64,000 nucleotides of DNA from Guillardia theta CCMP2712 (Eukaryota > Protista > Cryptophyta): NCBI RefSeq assembly GCF_000315625.1, contig NW_005434645.1:45477-109476 (forward strand), given 5' to 3'. Numbering within the stretch: the stretch's first letter is position 1; each line of letters starts with the position of its first letter. The translations under genes were made by a program, and so were the position numbers. This document shows, in pieces, positions 59,124-64,000 of this stretch. The notes under the pieces are model-generated. The model was not told the DNA's origin. It made no database searches and worked only from the letters and a program-made list of their open reading frames with translations.

Positions 59124-60945
59124 TCAGTCGATGCGGACATTCCCGTCGTTGACGTTGCTCAGGATCTCGTTCAAGGCGTGCATGTCGCTTTCGTCGCCTC
59201 TCTGCGGAGAACGCCAGCCAGTCAGAACCTCCAAGTCAGTCTTGTCGGGAGGTCGACCTGAGCATTCTGACGGATCCGCAGATGTTCCATGAGATCAATT
59301 GGAGCGTGCCCCTCCTTGGCCTGAAAGGTCCAGCGCTAAGAATCCATTTGGCAGGGGGAAGAAGTAACAAACTGACCTGATTCGCAAATTCAACGTCATC
59401 TTCTCCATCGTCCAGCTCGTCACTGTCGGGCTCAAAGGCTGCAAACCCTCCCTTCGGATTCGCCTTGAACTCATTCTCCTCCTCATCCTCTTCATCGTCC
59501 TCCTTGGGAGCTGTTTGACAAAGTCACGGTTTGATCTCAAGAAGAGGTTACAAGGCAGACGTTTGATTTTGTCCAATCCTCCAACTTTTGCCATTTGCTC
59601 CCTCATCTACAGCAAATTCACACCAAGGAGCCCCGGGTCCAGCCTCCGCATGTCTTCACCTTCTTTAATCGTCGTTCGGTAGCTTTCGCTTCACGCTTCT
59701 GCTTCTCCTCAGCCCTGCTCGCAAGGTAAGCAGAGAATGTCGTCCCCTCCTCCTCTCCTACTTGGCTTCCAACATCGGTCTGTACACATTCGCATATTCC
59801 TCCCCTGCCCGCGCGATCTTGTCAAACAGATCCTGAGTTGCACATCAGCTCATGTCTACACGGAGGACCGTCAGGACCTCGACTCCCTCTCCTGTGACTG
59901 CCGACATGCAGACAGTCGTGATGTTCCGATAGAATTCCTGCCCCATGTGAGCGTGGAGTAAGGGCGGCCTTAATCAACTACCTCTAGCACGAGCCCCATA
60001 GAGGCTGACAGAGTCCCAGCATACGCCTTTTCGTCTTGAACAGCCTCCTGAAACTTCTCGTAGTCTGTCATCCAATCGCTACACACGCAGCAAGTTGAAA
60101 ATCCATGTCAGGCTGTGCAGATGAACACGGGCAAAGAGGTCACATGGCGAAGTCGGCCGAGGTCACATCGGTCTTGTTGAAGACGAGGATGAAGGGAAGC
60201 TTGAAGCAAGGTTCAGACAAGACAACTGCGAGGATCAACTTGCAACCTTGAACTTGTACATGATGGAGCATGCGTAGAGCATGTTCGACATAAAGGTCAC
60301 CGGGGACGTTGTCCTCGGAGTGTCCACCACGTAGATCAATGCAGTGGGAACAGAGAAAGCGAACATGTCAGAGATGATGGTACCAGAAGCAGACCAAGTG
60401 AAGATCTCGATCTGTCCAGGAGTATCCACAAAGATATGCTGGAGGCTGTCGGCCTTCTGCTCGATCAACCCCATGACTTGGTCAAACTTGGTTGCAAAGA
60501 GGTTCAGCGACGTCAAGATCCCCCCGTTCGGTCCCAGCTCGTACTCCTTCATCACTTGCTTGTAATTCACTGTGTCGCGGATGTCAATGTTGCAACCGTA
60601 AGGAACCGAGCTGACTGCAGGGTCCAGGTTGATGATGTACGATGGCAGCTGCTGGTTGTGTATGTGAACAGCGATCCTTTGCATCAGCGTCGTTTTGCCG
60701 CTGCCTGCCATCCCAAGCACCAGGCATGCGACTGGGCTCTTGCGGACGGGGCCGAGCGAGAAACGAGGCACTTGCTTCGAGAGATTGACGCTGGGCTCCG
60801 CTGCCTCCCGCTGCTCACTCGAGGATGACGACGATGTTGTCTTCTTCTTTGCTGCTGCAGGGCTGCTGCCGCTGCTGTCTGCATGGATCGATTGTTCTGA
60901 TCCATCTGTATCACTCTTCGCACTAGATAGGAATCCTTTCTTCAT
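59124..60945 (-). CDS. GPN1: GPN-loop GTPase 1 (XAB1/Npa3), RNA polymerase II biogenesis
   Basis: [66 protein letters not shown] and [12 protein letters not shown]. Acidic tail; last exon ...[10 protein letters not shown]. Confidence 0.96.
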
Positions 60946-61410
60946 CTCTCCGAAGTCGAAATTCCCGCAAACCTTTATCTTTATCCCCGTTGCTTGGTAT
61001 CGTTCCCACTTCCCCGCTCCTCCTGCTGCTGTCGCTGCTGCCCTTCTTCACTTCCCTCCTACCTCCCCTCCTCTAACTTCCTCCCTCAGCCTCCTTCCTC
61101 CCCCCTGTGTGCTTCCTTCCTTCCCAGCCGCTTCTCCTTCTCCTCCCTCTCCCTCTCCCTCCTCCTGCTTGCGCCTGCTCCTTCTCGTGTTAGTACATGT
61201 CCGCCTCAGATTGTCTACCCCTCCATCATCTAGCTGACAGGTTGCTGCCCCACACGTCACTTCCAAGATTCCAGTCTGTGTGTGTGCCATGTTTTACTAC
61301 CCACCCCTAGTAAATACTGTAAAATTGGGGTATACCTAAGATAAAAACTAAGAAAAGTATAGTGCAACACCGATACTTCAAAGCTAGCCCCACCCGATTG
61401 CGCAGGGGAC

Positions 61411-62522
61411 ATGGCGAAAAGGATTGGATGGTGGGGTCGCGCCCTCCCAATCCTCATGCTCTCGTTCCCTGCCATCCTTATCGTAACCATGGTGATTTCT
61501 CCTGCTTCTCCTCCACCCGTTGCTCTTCGTTCGCGCCGCCAAGACGCTGCATCTACGTTCCTCCAGGCCCTCTTAAAGCGAGTTGATGCCACGACTCCTG
61601 TTGAGGAGGAGAACCGGAAATTGGGCAGGGATTATGAAAGAGGAAAGCAAGAGATTGAGAATATCAGGTGATTATCATGAGTCTTGCCTGCTTTGAAAAG
61701 CAATGTCTCTCTTGCAAATGCTTCATTGCGACTCCACGTGTACTGATGGATTGCGAAAGGAAAAAGATCGAGAAGCAAAGGCGGATCTTAAACACGGAAA
61801 GAAGGCTGGCCTCTCGGGCAGAAGAACGATTGAAAGACGGAGAAACCATTAATCTTGCCAAAGTGAGGTCATTGGTATGAATTGCGAACCCCTGACTGAC
61901 CAAGAACGACGTCCAGATAACGAATTTCTACACCTCCCCTCCCAAGCCATGGTGGCAACATGGAGTCGGTATCGAGGAAGAGGTTGTTGACAACTTCCTG
62001 CAAGACACATGACACTAATACAAGGACTTGACACTACAGAATGGGGATCCGACGGATGCAATGCGATCGAACAGTCCGATGCTTGTTCCAGTCCAAGCTG
62101 GCGATGTTGCAGCTGCCGATGAAAGCTCGGAAGCATCACGTGGCTGGGGATCATCTTCATTTGCGGAGAAGACGGGACAAGCAAGAGGACGAGCCACAGA
62201 TGACCGAAGAGGCAGAGATCTGATGGACGCGAATAACTTGTCCACCAAAAGTGGTCAAGAAGGAACGAATGAAAGGAGAGACCGCCGGAGCAACAGCCTC
62301 TGGTCTGATATGCGTTCGCTTCTGAAAGATACTTTAAGGATGGAACGAGACAAGGATGCATACAGCAAGGCGAGGAAAGAGGAAGCTGAAAGGTAAGGAG
62401 CGTGCATTGCGATTGAAAGCAAAAATACATCCAATTAATATCTGTGGGTGCGTCTGACAAAATCGTTCAGGCGGATCGTCAACCGTCTGCGAACAAGAAG
62501 GGACACCGATGGAATCGATTGA
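61411..62522 (+). CDS. Hypothetical protein with N-terminal membrane anchor or signal
   Basis: MAKRIGWWGRALPILMLSFPAILIVTMVIS, then exons linked by GT-AG introns to ...RRIVNRLRTRRDTDGID* (TGA 62520-62522). Confidence 0.6.
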
Positions 62523-62527
62523 TCGAT

Positions 62528-63818
62528 CTATGGGTCCCAGGGGAGGGTCCCGAAGTATATGTTGGTCCCGCAGAACTTGAAGAGCGAAGTCAACTCCTCG
62601 CAGCCCTGGGAAAGCAGCATCTTCAGCAAGCATGCCGTGGAGTGGAGAAGTTTTGCAGGGATCTTGCAGGACAGCATGATTCGAACCTGGGGATATGGTA
62701 CCGCCATGTTGAAGGGGTTCCGTGACTTGCGCTTCTCGGCCAAGGATCCCCTTGAGTATCCGATCAACGCACGGAAATGTGCAGATAGAAGGAGGGAGGG
62801 AGTCACCTGCATCCGTAAGGATCCCTCTCGTACGGGGTCAGCGAGTGCCGGAGCTCTCCCTCGACAGCAGCTGGGGGAGAGCCTCCCCTCCCCACGAACT
62901 CGAATCGGTGTATGGGGAAGCGGAGAGCCTTCCTAGTGTGGATTAACCCATCAGACGATGGTGCAAGAGCTTCAGCAAGGTGACCTGTGGATCTCGCGGA
63001 ATCGCTTCTCCTTGAAGGGTAGGCTTCGCCGTATCAACAAGTGAGAAAGAACTATCTTGAAACACTTTGAACAACATCTCACCTGACGACTGTTATCTTC
63101 TCGGGATACCTTCCCGTTAGCTGACGAAACCTACAAATGCTGAAGAGCAAGTTCTCGAAGCTGTCTCTTGCAAAGTCCTCCGTGTGTACTCTGTGCTTGA
63201 GGCTCTCAATCTGCATGCGAGTGTACTTCGACGGGTCCAGAAACCAATCCTGGAGTCAAACGTGACTGCCCAGCAAGCACTGAGCTCGAGATGAACCTGA
63301 GCATCTGCATACAGCCAGTAAGATTGCGCTTCCGTCCTCGGGCCCGCGAGCATCCTCGTCGCCCCCCCACTGAAGAGCAGCAGACTGCTGGGATCCTCTT
63401 GGGCCAGCTTCACCCCCGCGGTGATGTGCTGCAGGAACCAGTCGAACTGATTCCTCTGGTAGTCGTACAGGAACCATCGATCCCCCTGCGACCCTGCGCT
63501 CGAAAAGTCCGTGCCCATGAAGACCGTGTGGCCGGCAACCATTATGAGATGGGTGAGATTGCTCCAGTCCCTGCTGGGCACGAAGCCACCCAGGCTCTTC
63601 TCCATCATCTGCCATGATCGGGAGGCAGGGGCTGAGGAGAAAGAGGAGAGCTTCCCTTTCACCCTCTCCTTCTCCTCCTTGAGGTGAGTCTGCTCTGTCC
63701 TGCCTGGTGGCTCGGGCGACATGGAATCAGCGATCCTAGCGAGTATCAGCAGCCATCCGAGCCCCATGGCAATCATGAGGAGGAGGATGACCCTGAGCTC
63801 CCCACGCTTGCTCAGCAT
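62528..63818 (-). CDS. DUF218-like (fungal YOR238W-type) protein with N-terminal TM anchor
   Basis: [83 protein letters not shown] and terminal LPWDP*. Confidence 0.8.
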
Positions 63819-63906
63819 GATAGACTCTAAGGATCTGAGCTTTCCTTTCCCCTCCTCTGCTTCTACGGCCGCCTCCGCTTCCTCCTCTCTGCGGAATCAT
63901 GCCATG

Positions 63907-64000
63907 GAGGGAGGGAGGGGAGGGAGGGAGGGGAGGGAGGGAGGGAGGGGGAGGGGAAGGGGAGGGGAGGGAGGGAGGGAGGGAGGGAGGGAGGGGAGGG
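63907..64000. repeat. (GGGA)n microsatellite at window end
   Basis: Direct reading of the sequence. Confidence 0.9.

Overview
Intron-rich eukaryotic nuclear DNA with four 100-N assembly gaps. It is most consistent with a cryptophyte such as Guillardia theta. That is an inference from the mostly ~45-60 nt GT-AG introns, GC-rich exons, signal-peptide+Phe bipartite plastid presequences and microsatellite-filled long introns. About 21 protein genes were reconstructed by hand: PDZ protein, RIM2/SLC25A33-36-like mitochondrial carrier, 2OG-Fe(II) oxygenase, SPEF1-type CH protein, SLU7, ARM-like protein, SICKLE/TTDN1(MPLKIP)-like protein, coiled-coil protein, TPR-RCC1-filamin protein, secreted laminin-IV/coiled-coil protein, DUF4203 membrane protein, plastid tandem retropepsin-like protease, fused YeeE/YedE transporter, SMCHD1/GMI1-like GHKL-SMC-hinge protein, M16A pitrilysin/IDE peptidase, GPN1, DUF218-like protein and a few unknowns. 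Best leads: (1) an M16A peptidase with a tripartite SP+transit+Tat presequence pointing to the thylakoid lumen; (2) an apparently complete SMCHD1-like chromatin ATPase; (3) a SICKLE/TTDN1-like DBR1 partner whose diagnostic motif is absent from the ORF track, and a SLU7 lacking its zinc knuckle; (4) a dispersed CTTTACTCAAAGTTAAGTTAAA repeat with modular CCCGGG-rich islands and strand-polarised GGGTAGGG tracts upstream of genes. Exon boundaries are manual and approximate. No tRNA, rRNA, CRISPR or autonomous transposon was recognised.
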